64,000 bases of DNA from Mobula hypostoma (lineage: Eukaryota): positions 82,400,001-82,464,000 of the forward strand of contig NC_086097.1 of the NCBI RefSeq assembly GCF_963921235.1, read 5' to 3'. Of the stretch, positions 24,960 through 38,300 are shown piece after piece. Positions within the stretch are counted from its first letter, which is position 1; the number at the start of each line of letters is the position of its first letter. Below the pieces are notes generated by a model. That model had not been told where the DNA came from and searched no databases. It worked only from the letters and a program-made list of their open reading frames with translations. Both the position numbers and the translations under genes were made by a program.

Positions 24960-25780
24960 TACATCATCGTTTATCTGAGTTGAATAAGCTTTTACCCATG
25001 GAGATCATAAACAAAATAACAAGAACATAATCAGAACCCATACATTCAGGTAACTGCATAAAGTCCATTTGGAGATGCAAGGTCCCAGCAGTGGCAGATA
25101 CCGGCAGTGTCTTTCAGGGCTACGTTGCTGGCAAATCATACAGTTGCCGCTACTTTTCTTGCTATGGTCGAGAATCTTTCATTTTCGATTATACACAACA
25201 TCCTCGATAGTCTTGCACATAGGGTGCTTTAGCTCAAAAATTCTTTTTCAGTCGCTGATGCATCACACTGTAATTGTACTAAATCATCAAAGAATTTGGA
25301 AATTATTGGCAGCCCGATCACAACAGACTGCTGTGTAGCAAAGAAAGATTTGCAGTTGCTGCCTTAGCAAAGGAATCAGCCCATTTATTTCCTCTAGTAT
25401 TTCATCCTTCCCGGTAGCATGAACCACATAGTTTATAACAGCAATTGCAGTTCGTGATTGAAAAGCAGCAAAAGGTTCATAGTTAATTCGTCGTGTTTTA
25501 TCAAAGTTCTGAAGGGGTGAGAAACGCACACAGCTTCGATAATTATCCCCTGTCATGTGCACGGTGAGATTCAGTGTAAATGTTTAGAGCAGCAACCTCT
25601 GCAAGGATGCAGGCTTTTGCTAAGGTAACGAGGCTCAGCTGCTTGATCAGAACGGGAGGGAAGGTAGAGGTGGAGGAAAACTGAAGGAAATGACATCTGG
25701 GCTTACATCAGGTGCCATTTTACAACGGGCAGAATTAAAATTGTACGAGTACAGTTCAGGAACGGATTATTTAAATTAAA
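24960..25780 (-). pseudogene. ERV pol remnant (RNase H and integrase N-terminal part)
   Basis: Hand translation across frameshifts: QAAE..VTLAKACILAE..ALNIYTES; TAIAVINYVVHATGKDEILE/GNKWADSFAKAA; HLQMDFMQLPECMGSDYVLVI. Confidence 0.8.
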
Positions 25781-26194
25781 TTGAGTAGTCTGCGGTGCTG
25801 GTGACGGTGGAGGCAATAGCTGCAGTAAAAAGTTGTCTTAGCCCGAGGGCACCTTCAAGCCCAGTGGCCAGGCTTTCTGCAAACAAAAGCATACCCTCGC
25901 GGTCATCCCCACGTTTTACCCTGACCATATCCGCCGTCCCACTTCCACGTTTGTTGATGTCAGTCAAAGGACTACAGAATAATACATTTAGAACTGCATT
26001 ATCTAAAATATATTTACACTGTTCAAAACATAAATATTACCAGTCACAAGCGGCTACATGAGCCATATGTGTAGAAAGCAGGTAATGTTAAAACTGAAAT
26101 TTACGGTGAAATTTTAAGCAGACGTTAATCTGGTAATGATTAGCCAAAATTTGGTTGATGTCAGCCTGGTTAAATATAAACCAAAGCGAAAAGT

Positions 26195-28603
26195 TAAAAG
26201 AACTTGAGACCAGGGATCCAGAGGCTTTGCTCATTACAGCCGGGGACGTTAACCAGGCCAACTCAGAAAAGCGCTGCCAAAGTTATACCAACATGTCTCC
26301 TGCCCCACTAGAGGCCCGAATATACTTCACCACTGCTACACAGCAGTCAAGGATGCTGACCGTTCCGTCCCACAACCTCACTTCAGAAAATTGGACCATC
26401 AGGCCGTACTCCTCCTCCTGGCTTACAAACAGAAACTGAAGCGGGAGGTCACGGTGTCAAAAGTAGTGTCGTGTTGGACGGAGGAAAGGGATGAGGTCCT
26501 CCGTGACTGCTTTGAATCGGTGGACTGGTTAGTATTCAAGGACTCGGCAGCTAACCTCGATGAGTATGCCTCAGCTGTCACGGACTTTATTTGGAAATGC
26601 ACAGAGGACTGTGTGTCTCGCAAGACAATCCGGGTATTCCCTAACCGGAAACCTTGGATGAACTATGAGGTCGAGTCCCTTTTGAAGGCTAGAGCTGCGG
26701 CTTTTAGGTCTGCGGATACCAGTCACTACACGGAATCCAGGCGTGAACTCCGGAAAGCCATTAAGGGCACCAAGAGGCAATATTGAGCCAAGTTGGAAGC
26801 CTAGGCTAACTAAAGGGATGCCGGTAGACTATGGCAGGGTCTGAATGAGATCACTGGGCACAAAGAAAAGGCTGAGAATATCAATAACTGTGGCGCTTCT
26901 CTTCCTGACCAACTTAACGTATTCTACGCAAGATTCGAACAGAAGAGGAGCGTCCCACTCCCTCCGGATGAACCGGACCTGGTGGCATCAAGATTCATTG
27001 TCACCGAGGAGGACATTAGAAGGGCCTTCCTGAAGATAAATCCAAGGAAGGTGACGGGCCCAGACGGCGTCCTGGGACGGGTTCTCCGGGCCTGTGCAAG
27101 CGAGCAAGCTGGAGTGTTTGCTGACATCTTCAACTGCTCCCTGCTTCAGTTTAACATCCCCTCGTGTTTTAAGAAGGCAACGACAATCCCGATGCTGAAG
27201 AAGAGCAAGGTCGCATGCCTGAATGACTGTCGACTTGCGGCTGTGACATCAATTGCTATGAAGTGCTTTGAGCGATTGGTTATGGCACACATCAACCACA
27301 GCCTACCAGTCAACCTCGACGCTTTGCAATTCGCCTACCGGAGAAACAGGTCAACGGCAGATGCCATCTCTCTGGCCCTACATTCCTCCTTAGAACATCT
27401 GGAGAATGAAGACGCATATGTAAGGCTCCTTTTCATTGACTACAGCTCTGCCTTTAATACCATCATTCCAAATAAACTGATTCCTAAGCTCTGGAACCTG
27501 GCCTTAGCACTCAGATCTGCAGCTGGATCTTCAACTTCCTTACAGACAGGACCCAGGCTGTAAAAATAGGGGACAAGCTCTCCTCTACTATCACTCTGAG
27601 CACCGGTGCCCCACAAGGCTGTGTACTCAGCCCCTGCTGTACTCACTGTACACCCATGATTGTGTAGCCAAGTTTCCATCGAACTCAAAATATAAGTTTG
27701 CTCATGACACAACAATTGTAGGCCGTATCTCGGGTAATGATGAGTTTGAGTACAGAGAGGAAATTAAGAACCTGGTGGCATGGTGCGAAGACAATAACCT
27801 ATCCCTCAACGTCAGCAAGACGAAGGAATTGGTTGTTGACTTAAGAAGGAGTAGCGGACCACACGACCCAATTTACATCGGTGGTGCACAAGTGGAACAG
27901 GTCAAAAGCTTTAAGTTCCTCCGGGTCAATATCACAAATGACCTGACTTGGTCCAACCAAGTAGAGTCCATTGCCAAGAAGGCCCACCAGCGCCTTTACT
28001 TCCTGAGAAAACTAAAGAAATTTGGCTTGTCCCGTAAAACCCTCACTAATTTTTATAGATGCACCGTAGAAAGCATTCTTCTAGGGTACATCACAACCTG
28101 GTATGGAAGTTGTCCTGTCCAAGACCGGAAGAAGCTGCAGAAGATCATGAACACAGCGCAGCACATCACACAAACCAATCTTCCGTCCGTGGACTCACTT
28201 TACACCGCACGCTGTCGGAGCAGTGCTGCCAGGATAATCAGGGACACGACCCACCCAGCCAACACACTTTTCGTCCCTTTTCCCTCGGGGAGAAGGCTCA
28301 GGAGCTTGAAGACTCGTATGGCCAGATTTGGGAACAGCTTCTTTCCAACTGCGATAAGACTGCTGAACGGATCCTGACCCAGATCTGGGCCGTACCCTCC
28401 AAATATCCGGACCTGCCTCCCAGTTTTTTTTTGCACTACCTCACTTTCCCTTTTCTATTTTCTATTTATGATCTATAATTTAAATTTTTAATATTTACTA
28501 TTGATTTGTAATCCAGGGAGTGTGAAGCTCAGAATCAAATATCACTGTGATGATTGTACGATCTAGTATCAATTGTTTGGCGACAATAAAGTAAAGTAAA
28601 GTA
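26195..28603 (+). mobile_element. 5'-truncated Rex1/Babar LINE (end of APE endonuclease, RT, 3' tail)
   Basis: [85 protein letters not shown]; tail aataaagtaaagtaaagta. Several stops and frameshifts. Confidence 0.93.
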
Positions 28604-28704
28604 ACATTCACATTGCACGGGGTAGCTTTCTCAATACTTCTAAAGCAATGTACAGTATTCCCCAGAGGCTATATTGGGGCACTCAGCAAGCCTCACACAA
28701 CTGT

Positions 28705-28965
28705 TAAAACAAGAAAATCTGCAGAGGCTGCAAATCCAAAGCAATACACACAAAAAGCTGGAAGCACTCAGCAGGTCAGGCAGCATAGCATCTATGGAAA
28801 AGAGCAAACAGGTCACATTTCGGGCCTAGACTCTTCTTCAGGACTGAGAACTAAGTGGGGAGATGCCTGAATAAAAAGGTGAGGGGAGGGGAAAGAGGCT
28901 AGCTGGAAGGTGATAGGTGAAGCAAAGTGTGTGGAAAAGATCAAGGGCTGGAGATGAAAGAGTGG
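28705..28965 (-). mobile_element. PLE 3' terminal fragment with decayed hammerhead core
   Basis: aaatctgcagaggctgcaaatcc...actcagcaggtcaggcagcat...tttcgggcctagactcttcttcaggactg. Confidence 0.75.
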
Positions 28966-29297
28966 GGACACAAGTGTTGTCCCCATTCCCTCTAATGGCT
29001 CTAATCCTTTGATGTTGTAATTGCTATCGACGATATTGTAAAACACTCAAAATTTTACTTAACTCTTCTCATCTCACACAAGTAACAGTAAATATTTTCC
29101 TTTAACTTAGGTTGCAACATATTTACAAAAACATTAATTAAGCTGAGCATTGCCCCACCTAGATTTAACCAGGAATACTTCTGAAAATATTTATGCACGG
29201 GTTCTGCATATTCATTGTCTTTTATATGACTTTGTGTATTTTATGCCAATCTACAGTGCAAGGGAAACACTTTCTTAGCGCTCCTACCAGAGTACTT

Positions 29298-29895
29298 ATA
29301 GAACCATAGAAATGTACAACACAGAAACAGGCCCTTTGGGCCATTTAGACAATGCCAAACCCTTTAAACTGCCTATTCCCACCAACCTGTACCGGGACCA
29401 TAACCCTCCACACCTCTGCCATCCATTTACCTAGCCAAATTTCTCTTAAACGTTGAAATCAAGCTCACGTGCACCAGTTGCACTGGCAGCTCGATCCATA
29501 CTCTTACGATCCTCTGAGTGAAGAAATTTCCCCTTATGTTCCCCTTAAACTTTTTACCTTTCACCCTTAGCCCATGACCTCTAGTTTTGGTCCCACGCAA
29601 CCTCAGTGGAGAAGTCTGCTTGTGTTCACCCTATCTATACCCCTCATAATTTTGTATACCTCTATCAAATCTCCCCTCATTTTTCAATGTTCCAAGGAAT
29701 AAAGTCCTAACCTACTCAATCTTCCATGTCCTCCAGTCATGTCCTCCAGTCCCAGCAGCATCCTTGTAAGATTTCTCTGTGCTCTTTCAACCTTACTTAC
29801 ATCCTTTCTTTAGCTGGGTGACCAAAACTGCACACGATACTCCAAATTAGGCCTCATCAACATCTTATACAACTTCAACATAACATCCCATCTGA
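29298..29895 (-). mobile_element. CR1 LINE 3' fragment
   Basis: atagaaccatagaa tail; gaccaaaactgcacacgatactccaa is the reverse of LEYxVQFWS. Confidence 0.8.
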
Positions 29896-30374
29896 TGTTC
29901 TCTGATTTTGATTTACATTGTACAGTTCAAGATGCATTAAATCAACATATGGCTCATCCTCTCTGTGCTCCACTGCCTCCCTTCTCCCATGGTGCTAATG
30001 GGAACCACTGTCTGTGGCAGGATGTGGTCCTCACTGAATACTCAAGAGGCATCACTTGGCCTGGGCTTTGTTGAAACTGTGTCTGGGGAAGGAAGGGGAA
30101 GGAAGGGATAGGAGTTCATCTTCAAATTCTGGTGCTAATGGTTTCTTATCAAGCACTAAGGTAGACACTATTATACCTTGCCTGTTCTTTCCATGTCTTT
30201 ACTATCTTCAACTTTTGCTCACTTAGTCCAGTCCAGTATTGTACTTAGTCCAGTACAATACACAGTACTTCTGACCAGACTTAATGCTTTCAGATACAAA
30301 CACGCCACTACCAGAGTCCTTTAGAGGTTCGGGCAGGGGACTTTCACGGGACCATTCATGCACGCACAATCAGG

Positions 30375-30376
<2 letters not shown>

Positions 30377-30412
<36 letters not shown>
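30377..30412. repeat. (AC)n microsatellite
   Basis: About 18 uninterrupted AC units. Confidence 0.95.
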
Positions 30413-30417
<5 letters not shown>

Positions 30418-31617
30418 TGCAAGCATGTACACAGACACACACATTTAAGAATTCCTTTTTAAAAAATACCCACTTTCTGTGCTTCCTGCGGGGCCGAGCA
30501 AGACCAGCTGCAACTTCGTGCAGGACCTGATCCAGACCATGACAATTTTGTGTGGGTCCCGACCTGGACCACAAAAACTTTGTGCAAGACCTGACCCGGA
30601 CAATGGCAACTTTTTCTTTTACAGCAGGACCTAACCTAGACCAGGGTAACTTTTTTAATGCTGCAGCTTTCCTGCGTCAGTGACTAAGGTGTTGGTGTAC
30701 ATTGGACTACTCCAAACAAGAGGAATTTGCATTCCAGCTCCAGACTTAGTCCCTTGCTCAAATATGAGCAGCTGGGGTTTTGGGGCTGATCAACTACTGG
30801 GTTAGAATTCCTTTCTCCTGTATAACAATGTCAAGCATTAGCTATCTCAGTGGAACCTCCAAGTAATTCTCATCACCACTAATAAATAACTGGGCCCAGA
30901 ACACACACACTCATTTGACTCAAACATACTTTATTTTACTTATGCACAAGGAGAACAGTATGGCCCCTGTCACTCACACTGTTCGGAACCAGGAGAGAAA
31001 ACTAATATTTTTATACAGAATTGGCTTATCAGTTACAGATAATGACCATTTATTAAGTTGAATATGTTTGAATTTCTTACTTGCAAGATCAATCGCTATT
31101 CACACCAGAGATGATAAAAGTCAACAGAAGCTACGAGCTGAAAACCAATGATGCTTTGAAGTTAGAAAAGTAATTGTCCCCGGTTGTTGGGTGCGTTTTG
31201 CATTTTTCCATTGTTCTTATCTCGTCTATCTCCAGCACCACCTATTGTGTAAAGAGAAGCTCTATTCCTCCAGATTGATTGCACACTGCTGCAGTCATTC
31301 TCACTTACCTCATCTGTAGTAATCAAGGTCGGCTCCAGCAGTCTCACTTCAAAAGTCTGGGTTGACTACAACTGCCCCAGGCTATGTTTGCCTGACCATT
31401 TCTTGCCTTATCACAACTTCTACACTACCATGGTACAGAAGCCTGAAATCCCACACTGCCAAGTTCAAGAATTGTGACTATTCTTAGCTGCTTGAACTAG
31501 CATTCACAACCCTAATCACTACCTCAGCCTCGCGACATGACCGCCACTTCGATCAGTTTGCACTACAATTGACTTTGCTTTCTCTTGTTCTACTTTTGTT
31601 CTCTTGTGTAAAAATTG

Positions 31618-32347
31618 ACATCTTTGTTGACTGTACTGACCTTGGAAGCAGTTGTGCTTCTTAGCTGTAGCAGGCTGAAATGAGAATATTTAATCGTACC
31701 CATTGAGAGTACTGCTGCTATTTGAGTCGCCCCTAAGTGCCCCGGAAGTTCAAGTTCAAGCAGTTCAAGCAGGAGTTTGAAGAGTTTTGACATGTCAACG
31801 AATACACTCAAAAACTTCTACAGATGTACTTTGGAGAGCATTCTGACAGGCTGCATCACTGTCTGGTATGGGGGGGAGTGGGTTACTGCACAGCACTGAA
31901 AGAAGCTGCAGAGGGTTGTAAATTTTGTCAACTCCATCTTGGGTACTAGCCTACAAAGTACATAGAACATCTTCAAGGAGCGATGTCTCAGAAAGGCAGC
32001 ATCCGTTATTAAGGACCTCCAGCACCCAGGGCATGCCCTTTTCTCACTGTTGCTATCAGGTAGGAGGTACAGAAGCCTGAAGACACACACTCAGTGACTG
32101 AGGAACAGCTTCTTCCCCTCTGCCATCCGATTCCTAAATGGACATTGAACCCTTGGACACTGCTTCACTTTTTTAATATATAGTATTTCTGTTTTTTGCA
32201 CAACTTTTAATCTACTCAATACACCTATACTGTAATTTATTAAGGTATTTATTTTTTTTCTGTATTATGTATTGGATTGAACTGCTGCTGCTAAGTTAAC
32301 AAATCTCACGAAACATGCCGGTGATAATAAACCTGATTCTGATTCTG
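31618..32347 (+). mobile_element. Rex1-type 3' fragment with unrelated ~160-bp 5' segment, inserted into an older tail element
   Basis: NFYRCTLESILTGCITVWYG, NSFFPSAIRFLN, aaacctgattctgattctg tail. TSD AAAAATTG at 31610-31617 and 32348-32355. Confidence 0.8.
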
Positions 32348-32499
32348 AAAAATTGTGTATAATTCATGTTTAATTTATATTTTTCTTGTGAATATTGTAT
32401 GATGTAGCTGCAAGTAAGTTTTTCATTGCACTTGTGCATATGAAAATAAACTTACCTTTGACCGCAATACACAGAGAGTTTCTACACCAATCTATTCCC

Positions 32500-32715
32500 T
32501 GTCATGCTCTTTCACAGGATTTTTATCATCCATTGAAAAGGCTCGATGGAACATTGATTTAACATTTCACCTGTAAAAACAGCACCTTCAGCAATGTAGT
32601 TCTTTGTGTTGTACAGAGAGGTACCTACCTTGACCACGTGTTACACTCGCGAGAATGGGACATGGAATCGTAACTTTAGTACAATAATGTTTCCAACTGA
32701 GTCAAGACTGGCACT
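32500..32715 (-). mobile_element. Decayed DeuSINE/SacSINE-like 5' half
   Basis: ggatttttatcatccattgaa...tttaacatttcacctgtaaaaacagcacctt...ccaactgagtc resembles the reverse complement of the tRNA head and Deu domain. Confidence 0.45.
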
Positions 32716-33769
32716 GAAAGGAAACGAGTAACATCAGTGGATTTATTGAAAGTATTTTGTACAATGAATTATTGTGCTTGGTAGTGAAGTTTAATACTCA
32801 GAAATAGTGTGCCTTTCTTTATTCGCTGAATTGAATCTAGAGGAGTATTAAAAGAACTAGTCTAGGCTTGCTATTGTATAAGACATTATAAAAACAGCAC
32901 GACCACCACACCAGGGTAGCAAGGGATTGCCAGTAAATATTGACCTCATTGTAAAAGATGCCCTCAACCTAAAAATGGATAAAACATTCATTTTAACACA
33001 CTCTAATAGTTTTTCTTCAACGCAATGATATAGGAAGCAGTAACCTTCAGGATCTTTGCAGAACTAGTGTGAGGGAGTTAAATTATTGTTGCTATAAACC
33101 TGTTCAGAATCAATTGTGAATATCCATTCAGCTGCTGTTTTGTTGGTCTCGGCAGGCAGCATGCTCATTTTTATATTTCAGTTTTCTGACTTTCACAGTC
33201 ATTAAGATCAGCAGTAGCAAAGTGAGTCATGGATGTCAATTTGTATTAAAGGCTTCAGCATGAGGTCTGGACTGAAACTCCTGTATGCTACTGATCAAGT
33301 GGTGCATGGTTTGAGCTGCCGTTACATTATGCGGGATAACATAGGATTATATGGCATCAAAACTGGACATTCAGCCCAAAAATTCCATACTCCCATTTTG
33401 CTCCATCAGTCTCAGGACTTAGCCTGACTTTTCCTATCTAAGTAGATCAGCTTAAAGGTCTCTTTCCTTCTTTCCCATTCACGTGTCCTAACTTCCCTTA
33501 AATGTACATTCCTATACTCTTCACCTCAGCCACTCTTTCGGCAAACAAGCTTTTTCTGAATTCTTCTCTCAGCTGAGATGGTGGAGTTGCAGACAGTCAA
33601 AAGGTTGTTACAGGGCACGGCAGGATATAGATCAGTCACGTATTTGGTAAAGAAATGCCAGGTCAAATGTAAAGGAGAAATATATAGCTAATAGTGGCTA
33701 CATACTTCTCTTTTGGAGCTGAGCTTTTGAACCACCTGTATGAGCTGGCATGTTTGTGGTTTGAACTGA

Positions 33770-34450
33770 AGTCTTGTAGGGTGCGGCGTGGCGTGCACGG
33801 GCTGAATTGAGGTGGTGGTGCCCAGGCCCAAGTGGAGGGAATGAGCCAATGTTTGGCCATTGCCGGAGCAGACTTGGAGGCGATCCGATGTGTCAGAACC
33901 GAGGCGAGGCAGAGTCGAGGCCTGGGCAACAGAGCGAGGAAAGGCCCGATTTTTGCTCCATTTAAGGTTGGGCTGAGTTGGAAGGTATCAGGTACAGGCC
34001 AAATCAACACGGCAGGGTCTGGGCCAGAGAGCATATCGAAGTGGTCTGAGAGCGAGGAACGGTCCGAGGTTTGGATGACTTAAGCGCTGGGCCAGATTGA
34101 AAAGGTCAGGGTGTCGGGGGCTGGAGGCGAGGTATGGACCGGTTCAGCCTGCTGCTCTGCAAGGTTTAGTCACCTCTGTGCTGAACTGCAACCAACAGAC
34201 TCCTCAATCAGCTGCAGTGATGACGGGCTTTGTGGCCGTGGACTCACTTTCGTGAACTTCAGTTTGGAATGTTATTTGCTTACTTTTATTGTTTGCTCGA
34301 TTTGTTTTTATTTCAACGCACATTGGGTGACGGTCTTCTTTGCATTTAATGGGTTCTATTGGATTTCTTTGTTTTGTGGCTGTCTATAAGGAGATAAATT
34401 TCAAGGTTGCATAATGTGTACATAACTTGTTCATTTATGTATTTTGATCT
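33770..34450 (+). mobile_element. Non-autonomous retroelement with Rex1-associated tail, splitting a CR1 copy
   Basis: GC-rich body, gtggactcacttt motif and tail shared with 11775-12082. CR1 RT sequence lies on both sides (33575-33670 and 34450 onward). Confidence 0.55.
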
Positions 34451-35125
34451 TTAATGGCAGGACTCTTAACAGTATTAATATTGAGAGGGATCTTGGAGTC
34501 CAAGTCCAGAATTCCCTGAAAGTGGCAACACAGGCAGATAGAGTAGGAATGAAGCCAAATGGCACCTTACCTTCATCAGCTGGGACACTGAGAAAAGGAG
34601 GCAGGCCATGATGTTGCAGTTCTATAGTCAGGCCACACTTGGAGTATTGTGTGCAGTTCTAGCACCCCATTCCAGGAAGGATGTGGAGAAGTGGGTACAG
34701 AAGAGGTTTACTAGGACGCTGCCTGGATTAGAGTGTGTTAGGTATAGGGAGAAATTGGACAAATTTAGTTTGTTTCCTCTGGAGCGTCAGATGCTGAGGG
34801 CAGACCTGATGGAAATTTATAGAATGATGGACAGTCTGGACAACCAGAACCTCTTTCCTAGGGTAGGAGTGTCAAATACAGGGGAGCACAGCTTTAAAGT
34901 GAAGCAGAAAGCTTCAAGGAGATAGGTGAATAAGTCTTTTACCGAATGCAGTTCTGGATCTGGTGGTGAAAGCGGATGTGATAATGGTGTTTCAAACAGT
35001 CACCTGAAGCAAATGAAGGGATTTGAATCGTATGCAGGCAGAAGAAATTAATTTAATTTGGCATCACGTTTAGCACAGACCTCGTGGGCCAGAAAGGTCT
35101 GTTCCTGTGTTGTACTGTTCCATGT
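34450..35125 (+). mobile_element. CR1 LINE RT C-terminus and 3' tail (degenerate)
   Basis: RDLGVQV, ccacacttggagtattgtgtgcagttct, VQKRFTRTLPGLE, LFPRVGVSNTGEHSFKV. Confidence 0.85.
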
Positions 35126-35304
35126 TCTGTTTTCTAACTGGTCACAATATAAAACAATGTGGACAAAAGAGTGGTGCTGTGGTTGACAATGATCTTAAAG
35201 CAACATAATTGAATCACTAGACTAAACCTTAAGAGGCAGAGCACAGAAAAGAGTCCTTTATCCCACTGCATCCACCTGCCTGAGACTTCTGCACGGTGCT
35301 GTAC

Positions 35305-38300
35305 ATGAATGGCATATGTCATTATGCCAACATGTCAAATTTGAGGGCCTCATTAAAAAAAACTAAGTAGACAAATATCCCGGCTCCTGTGTTTTTCATT
35401 CGATTCGTTTTTGGAGTTACAAAATGTAACAGTGGCGATGAGGAAGTTTTAAAATAATTCTGAGATGACTCCCTACTTGTAGAAATGCAGAAAGGAGCGA
35501 GATGTTAGAGTTAAAAAAAGGCAGGAAACAGACGAAATGAAAAAGAACTGAGAACAGGCAAAGGTTCATAAACGTTGAATACCAGGTGATTAAAAAGTCA
35601 AACTGGAGTTTGAAAAAAAACACTAATCTGCATACTGTTAATGAAAATTCTGATAATGATGAGAGTTGCACAGGACCAGGTAGCCTTAAGTTTTACAATG
35701 TAAAAACTAACAACTGACAAGCAATATGGCTTACACCAGATGTGAGCGGCAGATTAATTAATATGGAGTTGGACAGTGGCTCTGCTGTTTCAGTCATTCC
35801 ACAAGATGAGTCTGAATGGCATTTCAAAGATACTGAACTGAAGCCTGCAGATATCCAACTAAGACTTATACTGGAGAAAAGTTAACTCCTGTGGGAATGA
35901 CATTAGGAACAGCGAAATACAACCAACAAGCCACATGGTGCTTGCATGTGGTAAAAACAGGAGGGCTAACATTGTGGGACTGTGATTGGTTGAGACAACT
36001 ACATCTTCATTGGAAATCCATTCATCATTTGCATACCACATCCACTGCAAAAGAGTAAATTGAAAGTGAGTTAAGAAAGGTACTGGATGATGCCATGGCA
36101 GTGGACAAGAATAGCACTGGAAATCTCGAACATACCAAGGGTAAAATACTGTTAAATGAAAATGCCACACCCAAGTTTTGCAAAGCCTGTCTGGTAAAGT
36201 AGCCAGTGAGCTAGATCACATAGAGGCTGAAGGAATTATTTCCAAGGTTGAGTGGAGCACATGGGCTATGCCAGTGGTCCCAGTAGCCAAGAAGAATGGG
36301 TCTGTCAGGTTCTGTGGTGATTCTAAGGTCACCATCAACTCAGAACTGAAAGTAGATCGATACCCTCTGCGCAGGGTAGTGAATATCCTTGCAAACCTTT
36401 CCAGAGGGAAACACTTCAGCAAAGTGGACTTAGCTGAGGCCTACACAGAGATGGAGATGGGTGAAGAGTCAATGGTTCAATTTAGTATCCGAGAATGTAT
36501 ACAGTATGCAGCTTGAAGTCCTTACTCTTCACAGACATCCACGAAACAGGGAGAAAAAAAACAAAGAATGAATGACAGAAAATGTCATAACCCTAGAGAC
36601 CCCCTCCCCTCCCCCTCCTATGCACAAGCAGCAGCAAAAGCATCAGCCCCTCCACCAAGCAACAGCAAGTCCCCAGAGACAAGGAACTACAGTCCATCAA
36701 AAACTACTGTGCATCCCAGCACTTCAACATCTCAATAGGCCCTCTCGCTCACTAACATGGAAGAGAAGGATGTGTATCGTTACTCACATGTTATGATCCA
36801 CATCGTCCAGTGAAGCTATCTTTTGATGCCTCTCCTTATGGTATCGGTGCAGTAATGTTGCATGTTATGAGTGATGGAAGTGAACGCCCCAGAGCCTTTG
36901 CATCACATTCCCTTACTGCTACAGAGAATAATTACACGCAGCTTGACGGGTCTTGAGGTGTAAAGCGTTTAAACAGGCACCGGTATGGCAGAGAGTTTAC
37001 CCTCATTACCGATCATCAGCCACAAGTGTCCATTTTCAGTCCACGGAAGGGTGTTCCATTAACAGCAGTGGCACAATATAGAGATAAGCTCTGTTTTTTG
37101 GAGGACACAATTACAAGACCGAATTCAAGAGGACAACTAATCCTGGAAATGCTGATGGATTCTCCTGTTTACCCTTGGAAAAGGAAATGCCCGAAAAATT
37201 TACAGAAGAGGACACTCCTCTTGACATATTCTTCCCAGTGCAAATCAATAGTCCCCCTATTATGGCAGAGGTGATTTAAAAGGGAAACCAGAAAAGACCC
37301 CATACTGGTCTCAGGTCCACATGGCAACCCAAAATGGCTGGAATGTGAAACAGAAGTTCCAAGTTACCCCAATTCTACCAGCACTGGGATGAACTTGGAA
37401 AGTTTTGGGGGAGCTACATGCCGGTATCTAGTTGTGGTCAAATCAAAAGCATTGGTTTGAAGCTTTGTCTGCTGGCCAGGGATAGATCAGCAGATCAAGC
37501 AGCTTACCATGCACTGTCTGGGATGCCAGAATGTCTAGATGATGCCTAGAGCAGCACCTCTCCATCCTTGGGAAAGACCTGCATTGCCCTGGCAGAGGAT
37601 TCAGGTAGATTTTGCCAGACGATTCATGGGCACAAAATTCTTGGTAGCAGTGTATGTAGCTACAAAGTGGCCAGCAGTGTTCCCAGCAGCCTCCACTACA
37701 GCCTTGCACACTGCTGATGTGTTGAGAAGCCTCTTCTTAAGGAATGGTGTTCCAGAACACTAGGTCAATGATAATAGACCACACACAGTCTGTCGTGGAA
37801 CAGTTTCAGTCATTCCTGAAAACAACTGGAATAAGATATCTTGCACTATAACCACCCATCTACAAGTGGCTTGGTGGAAAGGTTTAGTCGCAAATAAAAG
37901 GAAATCTGCAGATGCTGGAAATCCAAGCAACACACACAAAATGCTGGAAGGAACTCAGCAGGCCAGGCAGCATCTATGGAAAAGAGTTTCGGGCTGAGAC
38001 CCTTCATCAGGACTGGAAAGAAAGATGAGGAGTCAGAGTAAGAAAGTGGGGGGAGGAGAGGAAGAAACACAAGGTGATAGGTGAAACCGGGAAGGGTGAA
38101 GTAAAGAGCTGGGAAGTTGATTAGTGAAAGAGATACAGGGCTGGAGAATGGAGGAATATGATAGTAGGAGACAGAAGGCCTTGGAAGAAAGAAGACAGGG
38201 AAGAGCACCAGAGGGAGACGATAGACAGATAAGAAGATAAGGTGAGAATGGGGAATGGTGAAGGTGGGGGCATGACTGGAAGTTCGAGAAATTGATGTTC

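Larger units (their letters stand above)
23075..31424 (-). mobile_element. Decayed class I (gamma/epsilon-like) ERV with pol and env remnants and several later insertions
   Basis: LTR pair ~23075-23618 and ~30880-31424, both ending cttctaca on +. PPT (ctccctcctttt on +) at 23619-23630. Candidate TSD CTAC at 23071-23074 and 31425-31428. Confidence 0.85.

Noticed and set aside
25069..26061. Novel gene or DNA-virus insert suggested by CpG-richer short ORFs
   Set aside because: Translation across frameshifts gives retroviral RNase H and integrase motifs within the ERV LTR pair.
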